Shown here: piece after piece, positions 37,821 through 52,360 of the stretch
Layout: the number at the start of each line of letters is the position of its first letter
How positions within the stretch are numbered: position 1 is the first letter of the stretch
Assembly: GCA_951406725.2 (NCBI GenBank)
Contig: OX597823.1
Location: 26,122,001 to 26,184,000, forward strand
Direction of reading: 5' to 3'
Origin: Octopus vulgaris
Lineage: Eukaryota
DNA length: 62,000 nt
The notes under the pieces: generated by a model
Databases searched by the model: none
What the model was told of the DNA's origin: nothing
What the model saw: only the letters and a program-made list of their open reading frames with translations
Made by a program: the position numbers and the translations under genes

Positions 37821-39631
37821 TCTAAAACAATAAAAAATTTGGGGAGTAAAAGACACCACTACTGAATAGAAAGTACTCAATCTCAATATGGAATGTATGT
37901 AGAGTGAAAGGGTTTTTTATTGATAAAATTGACATTTCTGGGTTCATTGTGCTGTTTGATACATGAAACAAAGATGAAATGTGAATGAACTCAGCTAAAA
38001 TAGTAACTGAATCAAATTCAAAACAAACCAAAACAACTCTAATGGTTAAACATGTCAATGTGAAATTAACATCGATGGATTTACAGCTGTTAATAATGGT
38101 GAATATGAACATGAAATAAATATATAAATGGAATAACAAGAAGATACTTGCTGATATAAACATGCATACACTGATATAAGCCATTGTAAGCTATGTTGAG
38201 GATGATCAGGTTGTAAAGTTTTTATGACTTAAATTTTCTGTGAACTGCCATCACCACCCTCCTACTCCTCCTCTTTCTCATCATCATCATCATCACCACC
38301 ACCACCACTATCATCATCATAAAACATTCACTTTTCCATGCTTGCATCATAGGCCAAACAGAATCCATTGAGAAGGTTTTCTAAGGACAGATGTCATTCC
38401 TGTTGGCAAGCCTCATGTGTTTCCAAGTAAAGTAACATTTTCCTCACAGTCGGACATATTTTTCATAGAAAACTGGAAATGAACAACATTGTTTATATGA
38501 CAGTGATGCTCATTTACAACCATCATGGGATGTCAAGGCAAGGGTGCACACATACATATACTCAATGGGTTTCTTTCAATTTCTGTCTGCCAAATCCACA
38601 GGGCACTGGTTGGCCCTGGGCTGTAGTAGAAGAGACTTGCCCAAGATAATGCATAGTGGGAATGAACCTGAGACAACATGGTTGGGAAGCAAGCTTTTCA
38701 CCCACACAGCCACATTTAAATGCAGCTCTGAATATTTTCTGAATGGCAGCTGAGTAATGGGGTATTAGCAAAATCAATACAATAAGCCCTCTCTAGTGCA
38801 AAGATTACAAACTTATTATTCCTTTGTTCTGATTCAGTTCTATACTGAATTATATTATACATTGAATTATCCTTTAATGATTAAATTTATGAAGCTAAAA
38901 AAGTTTGTTTGCTTCTGTTGTGGTTCTTGAAGGAATTAGTGTACAAATAAATTCTTGACTTAAATGGTTCTGAGGTCATACAAATATAAGCTTTTGTGTT
39001 GATATTGGTTCAACTAAATGTAAAAACATAATATCTTTGGCAATGCAGTTAGATTATATAGAGAAATTGCATAGGTTGGTGTTGTACTGGTTAATGGTTT
39101 TTGTTATGTGTGTTGGTTAATTCTAGAGGTGTTATGATATGCTAAATTACACTTAAATTTTGAAATAGTTGAATACAAAAGTTTGTTAGTATCTTTATTA
39201 AAGATCTGTTGATATTTGTAACTTAAGGGCAAACTGACAGAATTGTTAGCATATGGGGTGAAATGCTTAGTGTCATTTCATCTGTCTTCTCGTTCTGAGT
39301 TCAAATACTGCCAAGATCAACTATGCCGTTCATCCTTTTGGGGTTAATCAGTATCAATTAAGTACTGGGGGTCGATGTAGTTGACTTACCCCCTAGCCCA
39401 AAATTGCTGGCCTTGTGCCAAAATTTAAAATTGATATTTATAGTTTAAGGAGAAATATTTCTTTAGGAATTTAAAGTTTTGAGCCAAGAGTGTAATACTG
39501 AGCAGAGCTGAGTACAAGGTTATGCTTCTTTTCCTGCTTTTGTTTTTATTGGAGTTGGAGGTAGGGGTTACTGTGCAATAGATTTTATCCTTAAAGCCTC
39601 TTCTGGCTACGTCTTTATTGTAATATTTGGG

Positions 39632-40143
39632 ATCATCATCATCATCATCATCGTTTAGCGTCCGTTTTCCATGCTAGCATGGGTTGGACGGTTCTACTGG
39701 GGTCTGTGAAGCCAGAAGGCTTCATCAGGCCCAGTCAAATCTGGCAGTGTTTCTACGGCTGGATGCTCTTCCTAACGCCAACCACTCCGTGAGTGTAGTG
39801 GGTGCTTTTTACGTGCCACTGGCACAGGTGCCAGACAGAGCTGGCAAACGGCCACGAACGGATGGTGCTTTTTATGTGCCACTGGCACGAGGGCCAGGCG
39901 AGGCTGGCAACGGACACGAAACGGGGCGGTGCTGGCAACGGTCGCGAAACGGAAGGTTCTCTTACATGCCACCGGCACTGGTAACACATCTGCAATTTCC
40001 ATTGATCGATTTCCATTCTGATCCTCACTTGCCTCAACGGGTCTTCACAAGTAGAGTTTCGACATGCCACCGGCACAGGTAACACACCTGCAATTTCCAT
40101 TGATCGATTTCGATTCTGATCCTCACTTGCCTCAACAGGTCTT
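39632..40143 (-). mobile_element. Family C retroposon with internal tandem duplications
   Basis: Family C 3' end at 39632-39800; repeated GTGCCACTGGCAC blocks; an approximately 100-bp block duplicated at about 39964 and 40062. Confidence 0.8.
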
Positions 40144-41311
40144 GAAAAATATTTTCATTAGCTGTTTGGGATGTGATTGTTAATATGATGTCCACAAGCA
40201 GTTAGAATGTCTATGCTATAATATAGCATTTCATTAGGATTGTGGTATAAGAAATGAAAAGAACTGGGGAAATCCAGGGTAACATCCAGATAACTGACTT
40301 TTGTGGGATGAATTGCAATGATTGTTTGGAGTCTAAGTCTTTAAAGAAGTAGCAGAGATTGTTTCTGAATCTATCAGCGTGGGTTGACATTATTTAGAAT
40401 TTAAAGTACATCATCTCAATAAAGACTGTCAGGAAAGCAGGTTTTTATTTTATGCAGTATGTAGAGGACCCCACCAAGGTTGCTATTTTCAGTAGAGTCC
40501 AGGATACCCACACTAACATTGAAGGATTTGTTTGTTAAATTTCTAATTGATCCATAAGTTACTGTTTCATTTCACAACCAATTTTCAGGCATGTATAATA
40601 ATTACATTTTCTCTTTCTGTGATGTCGGCAATGGATTTAGCATAATTAATGGCATTAGTTAATATGAGTAGCACTCTGATGTGCAGCAGTCACAAATGTC
40701 AAACTGGAAAAGTTTGCATCCATTTTATTGGAAATTGCCTTAAAACCATTTAATTACTTCCACTTTAAAATTCCAAAGAAATAAAGGTGAAACCTCTCTT
40801 ACTTCAGGGATCACGTTATCAAGGACATGTTTATTGATCCAGCCTATATTGGTTTTTGTAGGGTTGATTAGTCTAATTGTTGGGTTGAGGCTGAGTTCTA
40901 TCTTATAAACTATACACATAAAGAAAAATCCTTTGGGTGAAAGGAGTTTGATGTGGTCATTGATTAGAAGTTCAGAAGTTATCTGCTCCTACCCCTCCAG
41001 TCATTAAGGAAGTTCCAATCATTTTTTTTTATTGTAGATACTACTAATGGAACTGAGGATAAATTTCTTGTATATCTTACAATGTATTTGACAATGATAT
41101 TTTAGTTTATTTAATTTGATGAAGAAATCATATAATTTTTTTTGCTTTGATAATTTCTGGCTTTATTTTGAGCCATTATTAAAAGCCTGGTGTATGTATC
41201 ATCAAGGCAAACTTGAAACTCCTTCTTCATTGTCTAAGGTTTCAGCTTCATAGAGGAGAATGCTTTTTTACATATACTCTGAAGAAGACAAACCTTATTG
41301 ACCTAGAAATA

Positions 41312-42585
41312 TTAGGTTGTCAAGAAAGTTCTTGCCGTTTTTAACCTTTAAATTCAGATGCACATATCTTGGCTCAAACAAAACTTTATTAATTGAAATA
41401 AAACCATCAGAATCAACACACTTTTGCCAACACGAAACAAATTTATTTATGCCAGTAGCATAAAAATCCTGTGTTCTGGTGGCGATGAAGTTGTTGAAGG
41501 TGTGTTTGGCATCGTCTTGGTTTTTAAAGCATTTCTCATGCAGGAAGTTGTCAAGATGCTTGAAAAAGTGGTAGTCGGTAGACAAGAGGTCTGGTGAGTT
41601 TGGCAGATGAGATAGAGTTTTGTAGCCCAATTCGTTCAACTTCTGCAGGGTCAGTTGTGTGACGTGTGGTCAAACGTCGTGGAGAAGAATTGGTCCTTTT
41701 CTGTTGACCAATGCTGACTGTTGTTGTTGGAGTTTCTAATGCATTTCATCCATTTGGTGACAGTACTTCTCCACCGTAATGGTTTTGCCTGGATCCAAAA
41801 AGCTGTGATGGATGAAACTGGCTGCAGACCACCAAACAGTCACCATGACCTTCTTTTGGTGGAACTTTGGCTTCGGGAAGTGTTGTGGAGCTTCGTTGGC
41901 ATCCAACCACTGAGCAGAGCATTGCCAGTTGTTGTAAAGAATCCACTTTTCATCGCAAGTCACAATCTGGTCGAGAAATAGGTCGTTTTGTTGCGTAAAA
42001 GAAGAGAAGACAACTCTTCAAAACAGCATATTTTTTTTGGTGTTGTCATTCAATTCATGCAGTACCAATTTCTCAAGTATTTTTGTTTTTCCAATCTCTT
42101 TCAAGCAGTTGGAAATTGTCATCTAATTCAGAAGCAAGCTCTCAAACAGTTGTGTGTGGATTGGCTTTGACTAAGGCTCTTAGTTGATCGTTGTCAACAT
42201 CCGATGGCCAGCTACTACACTTATCATCTTCAAGACTCTCGTCACTGCTACAAAATTTCTTGAACCACCATTGTGCTGTACATTCATTAGTGGTTCCTGG
42301 GCCAAATGCATCGATGATATCGTGAGCTGTTTCAGCAGTTTTTCGATCTAGCTTAAACTGGAATAAGAAAATTGTGCAAATTTGCTTTTTGTCCATGTTG
42401 TATTCAACATTCTGGAAAAAATAGCCTAATTATTCAAAAAGAGAAAGAGTAACATGATTAGATAGAGTGAAAAATGGGCTTTAAAATTATATATAAAGTC
42501 AAAGTAATTTAATGAAAATTAATTTGAAAATACACCATTTAAAACCAAAATTAAAAATTCCACAAGAACTTTCTTGAAAACCTAA
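41312..42585 (-). mobile_element. Full-length dead mariner (D,D34D) transposon, 1274 bp
   Basis: TIRs TTAGGTT(G/T)TCAAGAAAGTTCTTG; TA TSD at 41310-41311 and 42586-42587. Minus ORF pieces MDKKQICTIFLFQFKL.., TCDEKW and HLPNSPDL..DYHFF; frameshifted. Confidence 0.95.
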
Positions 42586-44353
42586 TATTTAACTGTTTTG
42601 ACCTTTATTGCAGGGATCCCAGGTTAGTACCTTTTGTATAAGGAAGTCTTTCTTCCTGTCAGTAACATAAGATCCAAGGTAATCCTTGAGTTGTGTGCCA
42701 TTGTTGGAACAAAATGGCAAGTGACTTTTATCCATGTCGATGGTTATGTACTCATTCTTCTTTCAACAGAGTTAGATTCACTTTGATTGCAGCATTCTCA
42801 AGATATGTTAACAAGACATCTGCATCACACACTTGATGAGATATGAGGGCAAGATCATCAGCATATATGATAGACCCTGTACAGTTCCGATCTGTCAAAT
42901 TTACTCACAAGATATCTGACAACCCAGAATCATAGTAGAAGACACTTCCCAGGGTGTGACACAGTGGGGTTGAACCCAAAATCCTATGGCTACAAAGTAA
43001 ATGATTTTAGTCACACAGCCACACCTGCACGTATATCAGGTTGGAATGAAAGTTCATATATAATCAAATATATCTTAGATATATTTGATCTTCCAGTGTT
43101 GTCTATAACATCATTCTGTCTTTTACTGGATTTATTAATGCCTTATTTGCAAAATTCCAGTGGTTCTGATGAGAAATAAGAAACCAACTCTTTTTCAATC
43201 TCTTCTCTTGATGTCAGTCTTAGTCCATCAAAATGGTTTTGTAAACTCCTAAGCAAATGAGGAAAGAGCAAGATTGGAAGAACAAGGCAGCTGCAGCATT
43301 TTTTCTCAGCCAGTTTCTCTAGAAGATGTTTGGTGACTTTGTAGTGTGAAGAAGAGCATTATCAAGGTAGAAGATTGTTCCCTTCGTGTGCACTAAAGAT
43401 GCATTTACAGTCCATGTTCCATGCTGGCATGAATTGGATGGTATGACACAATTCAATAGGTCCAAGGACTGCATTGGGCTCCAATGTCATCTTTGGCATG
43501 TGGTTTCCCTGGCTGGATGCCCTTCCTAATGCCAACCACTTTATGCCATGCACTGGGTGCTTTTATTCATGCCACTAGCACTACTGATGTTGCTATGCAG
43601 CTTGCAGAACTATGAACTCTGGGAAAGGTGGTCAGCTTCATGCTGGGGGTGGGGGTCAAGGGGTTAAAGTATGAGGTGGGAGCAAGGCAGGTTCTTGTAG
43701 AGGATCTTCATGGCAATTTACATTTTGCAGGGGAGGAGGAGAAAAAGAAAAGAAAAATGACCAGTAGGAACTGCAATGATCTGGCAGAAATGTTAGAATG
43801 CAGGGCGAAATGCTTAGCGATATTTCGTCTGCCATTACGTTCTGAGTTCAAATTCTGCTGAGGTCAACTTTGCCTTTCATCCTTTCAGGGTCGATAAATT
43901 AAGTATCAGTTATGCACTGGAGTCAATGTAATCGACTTAATCCTTTTGTCTGTCCTTGTTTGTCCCCTCCATGTTTAGCCCCTTGTGGGCAATAAAGAAA
44001 TAAGGAACTGCAACGAGATAGATAATGGCCATGAGGTGGTCAGCTGACACTTCAAGATATACAGTGAGTAGAAAAGGGTGCGTGGGTGGTTTGCAAGATT
44101 GTATGGGGAGCAGGAGATGAAGGGATGGGGAAGCAGACTAGAGCACTAGTTCATCAAATGAGATAAGACTAAAAAATCTTCATCAAATATTTATAGATTG
44201 CAAGACATACAAAATAGTTATCTTAAGTTCAATTTGTAGCATCTATTGGAAAAAAAGAATGATTAGAACATCCTTAGTATGTGTGTGTGTGTATTTATAA
44301 ATGAATGCATATGTGTGTATGTATGTTTGTGTGTATATATGTGTATGTATATA

Positions 44354-44411
<58 letters not shown>

Positions 44412-44719
44412 TACATACATACATATGCACACACATACTGATATAAATACATGTGATGTTTACATTGTTCTCACTCACTATCATCCTTGCCATTATTGTT
44501 GTTGTTGTTATCATAATCCCAACATTACTATCAACACCAGCATCACTCCTAAATCCGTTTCCTTCCTCCCTTCAGAGTCAAGTCCTGCTACTTTTACCAT
44601 TCTCAGCCGTGTCTGCCTCCATGAGCCTCACAGCATCTTATCAAGCATCAGGTGTTATTCATCCTCCGTTTATTAATCCATCTGCACCTCCACCACAATC
44701 ACCACACACCGTCTTCCTT

Positions 44720-45085
44720 AATACATTGTACTCGGCCATCCCCTCTTCCCTCTACATCAGCACCCTTACCACTTGCATCATCATCATCAGCAGCATCTCC
44801 TCCTTGTCCTTATCCCCATTAAAACTCTCATGACCATCAAGATCAACACTGGTATCACTGCATCATCTTCATCACCACCACCACTGCAACCAATTGTTAT
44901 CATCATCATCACCATCATCACCACCACTCTTACCATCACCACAACCTTTACCTTCACCATCACTGCCACCATCACCACCATCATCATTACCACTATTACC
45001 ACCATCACCATCACCCTCATCACTAGCACTATCATCACCACCACCACCATCATCACCATCACCACCATCGTCATTGTCATCATGT
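44720..45085. repeat. Degenerate (CAT/CAC)n trinucleotide tract
   Basis: Visible directly. Produces spurious H/T/I-rich ORFs. Confidence 0.9.
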
Positions 45086-47559
45086 GGCTTCTATTAGGAA
45101 TTAAAATCTCACACCTTTAACTGAAGTATTTATATTATGTATTTAATATAATATAAAGTTTTAGTCACAACATTATCCTATTTAGTGAGTTTTGGTGAAT
45201 TGTTTACTAAGATTGTTGATTGTAGTTTAATTAATTGATTTTAGTAAATATATGTTGTTTAGGTCCGAGTTCAGCCTTTGATCAAACAGCAAAAGTCATG
45301 ACCAAATGTCCAGGACAGCATTATCCAATGTATTCTTCCCAGTTTTTTTTTTAAAAGAGAGAGGGAGATTTGGTTGCCATTTTTAGTCAGTCCAACAACT
45401 GCATTTGTTGTGGTGGTGAAGCTTCTAGATCAGTATTTGATCCAGGGGATCCAGAGACAAAAGTGTTCCACCTGTCTCCATCCCTATCTTTTTATGTCTA
45501 GAACTACATTGTCTATGTATCTTTAGATCTCAGTGTTATTTGAAAGAGATTTAATTGCTATTTTTAGCAGATCAAGCAACCTCTTGTTAGCTTTCAGTGA
45601 ATAGCTGTTTGTAAAATTATGCCAGATCAAGCAAACAACCAAGTGGATGACAGTTTATACCCTGTCATTGGCACTGGGCTGTGTCTGTGAGCAGGATGTT
45701 CGAAATCTCAAATGGTTAAGTTCACCAAGCTGAAAGCAGGTCTCACCAACAGAAGAAGATTAATTGACTGTTCTAAAAACTACATTAAGTACAATAGACA
45801 AATTAAACTCCTCTGGTTTCAGTTGTTTTAGACATGTGTACCCTTATTCTAATTGTCAGGTAGAATCAGCATGATACAGTGTGTGACAAAACTGTGTGTG
45901 TGTGTTATGGGGGACCTCTATTGTTCAATGATGAAGATTCAGCTCTTTAATTAACTGAATTACTTGCCCCTGATGTAACACGTAAGTGGCTGAGTATTCC
46001 AAAAGATACATACACCATTCATATAATCCTCAGATAGAATTAGTATGTAACAGTATATAACAAAGCTGTGTGGTGAGTGTGTATGTGTGGTGCGTGTGTA
46101 TGTGTGTGTATGTGTGTGTGCATGCGTGTGTGTGTGTAGACCTCTACCGTTCGATGGAGCAGATTCAGTTATTCAATTGACTGAATTACTTTCTCCTGAA
46201 CTAATATGTAAGAGAAGTTGAGTAGTCCTCATGTCCCAGTGTACCATTGAGTGAGACAAAATTGTGCCTTTGAATTGTATGTACAACACATCTGCCAGGC
46301 GTCTGAACAGAGTCCAGCTACCCAATTTCACTCATAAGCCTGGGGTTAACCCAAGAAAATTGTGAGACACTTGTTCAAGATGTCACACAATGGGATTGAA
46401 TCTGAGATCACATAATTTGGCGACAAACTTCTTAACCATTCAGCCATGATGCATCCACACTAAAACAACAATGTTATCAGGAGGACATTAATAGTGATTT
46501 GTTACCTAAGAGTTTTGAGTTCAACTCTTCTTGTGGATCTGAACAATTATCCTTTTTTGTTTTGTTTTTTAATACTTTTGATACTAACCAACCTGAGACC
46601 ACTCCAAGTCCTATTTTAAAGTGATCTAAACTAAAACCTTCCATCAAAATTTCTTATCAGCATATGTTCTAAACAACAGCTTAATAATGATAAAGCTATT
46701 TTACTAAATTATTCCTTTATTTTAAAAATTAACTGACACAAAAGCAGTTTATTTCAATAAAAATTTGGTAACAAAAGGGTTAATGTTTAATCAGAGAAAG
46801 AAAGGCTATGAAAAGTTAGCTAATGATATTTATCATTCAACAAATTTCATTAGATCTCATTTGTCAATAAGAATCATTGATTTTGTGTATACATATAAAT
46901 AAATTAAAGACAGAATCCTAACCGCCCCATCATCAGTACATTCTGGTAACAAGTCATAATAAATTAATGAAATGAAACAAAACTTTCACCATTGTGTAAT
47001 CTAGGATTTGTGAGATGATCTGGAACAGAAGATTAATGATTATTTTCCCTGGATTAATCAAAATTTATGAACCATTTTGTCTTTGTAATTTTATATTTTT
47101 ATTTCCCCTCTTTTCTTCCCTTCAAAATCCAAAAGGGCCACTGATAAGTCCTAGTTCTGGTTTGATTGTTGAAGTAGATTAGAAATAAATATTTGCTTGT
47201 ATAAGAAATCAGTTTATTGCATCTAACATACACAGATGATTAGCACCTAGGCTGAATAATTTAAAATAATGAGCCACAATGCAATATACTCATTGGATTT
47301 GAACCCACAAACTAGAAACTCATAGTCCTATGCCTTAACTTCTCAGACATTTCTCATTAACATTTGAAATGATCAGAAGTAAAAAAAGAGAGGGCTTAAT
47401 GTTTTAATCAAGAAACTCTCAGAAAAAACAAAACAAAAATGAACCAGTAAGCAGCAGCCCTATTTATAATGTATGTAATGGAACAAGTTATAAGCTGGAA
47501 TCAAAAGTCCTTTTCACAGTCACAAGACAGAGAAATATGTGAAAATATTTACCCACAGT

Positions 47560-47960
47560 GGCAGCTTAACCTAAAATATGAGTGAAAAACTGTCCATACC
47601 CATTGATTTAAAATGGTATAGATAAGCCAAAAATATATCTCAAAAGTTAGGCCATCTTTTCAGGGCCAGAAATAACTTCAGCTCTGAAAAGCTGCTAATC
47701 TTATACAAAGCATAAATGTGACCCACATTGAAAAAACTGCTCACATGCCAGGGATGGTGCTGTTAATTCATACAGAAACATTGTAGACTGCATCCATAAA
47801 GAGGCCATCTGGCTGATTGGCAAGTTACTAACACACTACAACCCTGTACACTGTCCTCACTCTGTCACTTCTATCATTACTACAATGCTTTTTGTTTTTT
47901 GGAACTAAAAGCTGTGCACTGTCCCAATACAAGGCACCCAGTTTATCTACTTCTCCTCTT
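47560..47960 (+). mobile_element. Highly decayed CR1/Jockey-like LINE RT C-terminal relic
   Basis: LGHLFRARNNFSSEKLLILYKA..PTL..CSH matches the LL.LYKA.IRP.LEYCS pattern. Confidence 0.45.
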
Positions 47961-48599
47961 AATATCTGTAATGTGTAGAAAAGGAGTCAATCAGGCAGAT
48001 ACTCAATAATTAGAAACAAGTAGAGTGTTATAGCTAAAACCAAATGGACAATTGTTACATATATTCTCTGTCCTTTCATGAAGTCTTGGGGTTGATTGGG
48101 CTTGTGCTTAACAATAAATTTTTACAACATTAAGTGGATGAGAAATAAATCTCCTGCTAGAGAGGATGACACTCAATTGCAGTTAACTTTACTGTGAAAA
48201 GGAAGTGCTACAAGTTGATAAATCACTTGTCCATATTACAATGTTATTGTTATTTATAATACAGCACCGTACCACCCTACACTACCCACTTACAGTAAGA
48301 TGGACTCACCTATTGATAGCTAAGTGTCTCAGTCAAAAGTACAATGCAGTAGAATATGTGTGGTTGTTGTTTTTGTTGTCATTATTGTTGCCATTGTTGT
48401 TGACCCATGTCAACACTGATTGAGTAGACCATTCCAACCATGACTATCTCTTGTTTTCAGGAATAGTGTAACTGAGGTTAAAGAGCAACAACATCATTAG
48501 TTATAAGTTATTGAAATTAATTTATTTTGAGACCATTTATTCATGAAAATAAAGAAAAACTCACAGGCCAAGTACTTTGATATAAGGAATTTCAGACTA

Positions 48600-49850
48600 G
48601 TTTTGGTTGATAAAAGACTCATCTCGCCCATAAGTACTACAGAAGAGTCAGACTAATATTTAGGATTGAACCCAACCCACAAGCTATTCCAGTTATAAAC
48701 AACAATCTCAACATAAACTTAGAAAAGTCATGGAACAACCAACAGTATTCACTCTAAAGCTTGTACCAATAAAATAATATACCTACTCTATACACGTGAC
48801 AGATAGGGTCTGATACAAATAGAAAACTATTACAAAATAACAATAGTAGGACGAGAGAAATACTTAAAAGCAAACATAGGGAATCTGATTAGTGTAATAT
48901 GGAAACAAAGAAAATACAAACATGTTTCTCTAGATATGAGGAAACAGTGAGGTATAAAGTGGAGACTAACTACACAGTAAAAAGATGTGGATAAGGACAA
49001 AACAATGGAAAATGTTTTTTAAAAAATTAAAAAAAATGAAAATACAAAATAAAAAAAAAAAATTCCAAAATATACTGAAGAAAAAACGAAGAGAAAACAT
49101 TGCATGGCAATATCTTGCAAGGCTAGACAGAAAAGCAGTAAACCAAAGTGAAAACCAATAATGGCTCAAAAGCTTTGGGCTAAAAGCAGAAACAGGAGAT
49201 CTGACTTTAGCTGTGCATAACCAATACATAGCTACAAACAAGTACAAAAATAAAATAATGCAGACTATGCAACCAGTACAATGAAACAGTTGCCAACATC
49301 ATTTCCAACAGTTCAGTTCTTGCCAAGTCCAATTATATTCACAAACATGATCAAGTTGGCAGCTATGTTGACTGAGCAATATGCTGAAACTTTGACATGA
49401 AAAAAAAAGATAACAAGCAGTATAAACATGTACCAAACACAGTAAATGATGACTAAGTCTAAATCACTTGAGACATCATACTTGTCCAAACTGATATGGA
49501 GATCAAAGAAACCTACCAGTTTTAATAATTAGAGCTTGGAATTAAAATGTCTGTACTCTAGACATCTTGATCCCTTCTGAACAAAACATTGATCTCCATC
49601 CACCCCACTCCTCAAAAAAGAAAAGAAGAAGAAGAAAAAAGAGGAAGCTTTTACAGTGTAAGGGTTGTGAAATTGTGATAAGCAGAATGTGGAGCAAAGT
49701 AAAAACAATAGCAACAGTAATTAGAACCCTGGGTATGATTTTAAAAAAAATCTAAACTAAAACATACATAAAAACCACACCGTGGCTCACACAGTCTAAA
49801 TGATATCACTGCTAGACATAGCTTATGTCCAGAACAAGACACTTTGAATT
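48600..49850 (+). mobile_element. Old R4/Dong-like LINE relic, 3' half
   Basis: Remnants WLKSFGLKAETG, NETVANIIS, HDQVG and EIVISRMWSKVKTIATVIRTLGMI parallel the C-terminus of the 21-24.6 kb element. Confidence 0.7.
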
Positions 49851-50559
49851 CATGAACTTAGCTTAGCATACAATAATACCACATACCTGGTATAGTATAT
49901 GAGTATATAGTATACAGTATATAGTGTACAGTATATATAGTATGATATAGTATACCATAACTACCACATAAAATAACATAATTCACACAACACATATCCT
50001 AGCAATCATAGAGAAACAATATAATACATAATTTACACAATCAACACCCAATAAAATAACAATAACATAACTGATATGCAATATATAACTTCAAAACCTC
50101 ACATTCTATACAGTTGTCTCTTATTAATATAATACAATTCACAGGGCCCATACACAACCACCACTTGACACTAAAACACATAATATCAATCATACAGTAT
50201 ATATGAAACACAACACCACCCAACAAACTAACACAACTCACATTACATATAATCTATGCAAGAGACAAAACAATAAATAACATCCGAAACAACAAAACAA
50301 ACATCATAACAAAGCAAAAGACCTGAAGACAATTCTATATTCACACACCTCAGAAATATGGAGGTGCACCTAGTGGTGCTGTAGTAACTTGCATAAAACT
50401 GATGCAAACGTGATAGTAATAATAATAATATTGCATATAACATAAAAACAACATGAAGCACAAATATACAAAAAATGTTAGAAAATATCTCTCTATCCTT
50501 AATGAAATCAATAACAGAAAAAATTATGCAAATGAAAAAAAGTGGAATAAGAGACAAAT

Positions 50560-51150
50560 ACTATAGAAATATAACATTACAAAACAAAAAAAAAACCGTA
50601 TCTGAAATCAAAGAACACCTGACACAACAGATTCTTCCTAAATTGCAAAGAATCTGTTAGGATGAAAAACAACAATGATTCTTTGAACAGAACAAACAGT
50701 TTGATTCCAACCCAAAATGATTTTATTAAGAATTTGGTAAAAAATAAAATATAAATCAAAGCAACACCAACAACAAGAGAAACAAAAATCCTAGAACAGA
50801 GCATCATGGGAAGTGAAAGGATTACTACAGACAAGGTGGTCGAAAACAATGAAGACAACATCTGAATAATCATGAGAGGCCAAAGAATCAAATGAAATAA
50901 CCCTGATACAATAAAACACTTTTGGTTAAAATATTTAACAGCAACAGTGAAGTATAATGAGATATTGATGAAGCTGGAGGCAACTCCTGACTGCTTCGCT
51001 GAGGAGAAAACTTCTTCGATCCTCAAAACTAAAGAAACAGAAAATTTTAAAGTCAACAGGCCCATAACTTGCTGTCTCACAACCCACAAAACCTTAACTT
51101 GTAATAATATATTCTTAAAACCAAAAAAAGATATCAAATGTAGAACTAGA
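50560..51150 (+). mobile_element. Old R4/Dong-like LINE relic, RT-proximal part
   Basis: PDTIKHFWLKYL..TPDCFAEEKTSSILKTKETENFKVNRPITCCLTTHKTLT parallels PGKDKIPNFWLN..PPWLVNGLTFLLPKSEET..NYRPITCLTTMYKTLT. Confidence 0.65.
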
Positions 51151-51160
51151 ACCCCTAAAT

Positions 51161-51438
51161 CAGTGGTTTCCAGACTTTTTGGGGCTGCCGCTCCCTTGAC
51201 ATCCAGGCCACATTCCCACCGCCCCCATCCCAACTAACCATCCTCTTTCTAAAGCAAATTCAAAGCAACTGTATTTCACAAATAAAACTTAACCTAATGA
51301 ACCCATCATTTGGTTGTTTTTACATGAATTGCCACCCCATTATAGCCCCAATTTTTACATGAATTGCTACCCCATGCCCCCTTGGAACTTTCTACCACCC
51401 CAGGGAGGCAACACTGCTGGCCACTTTGAAAACCACTG
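51161..51438. mobile_element. hAT MITE
   Basis: TIR CAGTGGTTTCCA / TGAAAACCACTG; 8-bp TSD CCCTAAAT at 51153-51160 and 51439-51446. Confidence 0.9.
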
Positions 51439-52360
51439 CCCTAAATGAAAGAATACATAACTTAGGGAAGAAAATGTTTATGAAAATAATCTAAAACTAG
51501 AAGCAAAGAATTATAATTGAGAAATCTTCTTAGGACCAATTAAAGGCTTCATCTAAAATAAAGCTTAAAACTAAAAGAGTAACAATAATAAAAAAGACAA
51601 ACCAGGTCATTGTAAACTTAATAAAAACAGATACAAACATCAATATCACAAGGATTAACCAAATAACGGATGTAGAACAGTATACACGCATTACAAAGTG
51701 AAAGTAGATACTCCATCAGATCCGTGGCCAGTAATAAAGTCACGGGAAAATGTTACAATTTTGGCAAGGAAAAAAGTCGCAATTAATTTATGGTGGCCGG
51801 TAATAAAGTCACACAAAAAAGTAACAATTTTTCTCTAGGAAAGAAAGTTAGGTAATCAAACTAAAATATTTAAGTCAGTCACAATTTATTAAAGTATCAT
51901 AAACAATTAAAGTAATAAAACAAAAAATATTTTAAATCAGTTATTAACTGACAATACATGACTTGTACATATTAACAACACTATTTATATATGATTGAGC
52001 AGCTTTTTAGCTAGTATATAGCTTTTAAGCAACTGACCCAGAATGGGAAGATCTGCAAACAGATCTCTGACTAGCTCTGGAGAATTTGTAGCAATTACTT
52101 CCTCCAGAGTCATATCCCAATGATGATCATATTCGTCGCAAAAAATAAAAAATAAAAAGTCACCGAAAACAATCGCAGTAATGAAAACATAGGAATTCCA
52201 AATTTCAGGATTGCACGTCCGGACTCGGCCCGGAATGTTTTTAATTTACTCACGGAGTCAGCCTGATTTCAAAGTGGCATGTTATGTTGGGCTAAGCCTT
52301 CTAGGAGTAAAGTTGAAAAGTGTGGCATTGACACATTTATTATATTATATTATTATAGTA

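Noticed and set aside
37822-38184. 120-aa minus-strand ORF
   Set aside because: AT-rich hydrophobic composition typical of chance ORFs; no motif recognised.
43160-43190. CTGATGAGAAATAAGAAAC as a hammerhead core
   Set aside because: No stem II and no NUH/helix I pairing. Other CTGATGA hits at about 33174, 56945, 59006, 59687 and 60056 fail in the same way.
45636-45750. Peptide MPDQANNQVDDSLYPV resembling the PP2A A-subunit N-terminus (DDSLYPI)
   Set aside because: Only six residues match, a stop follows within a few codons, and there is no downstream homology.
52070-52110. Helitron 3' end (ACTAG next to a CTCTGGA..TCCAGAG hairpin)
   Set aside because: The hairpin abuts CTAG instead of lying about 10 nt away and has a long AT-rich loop.
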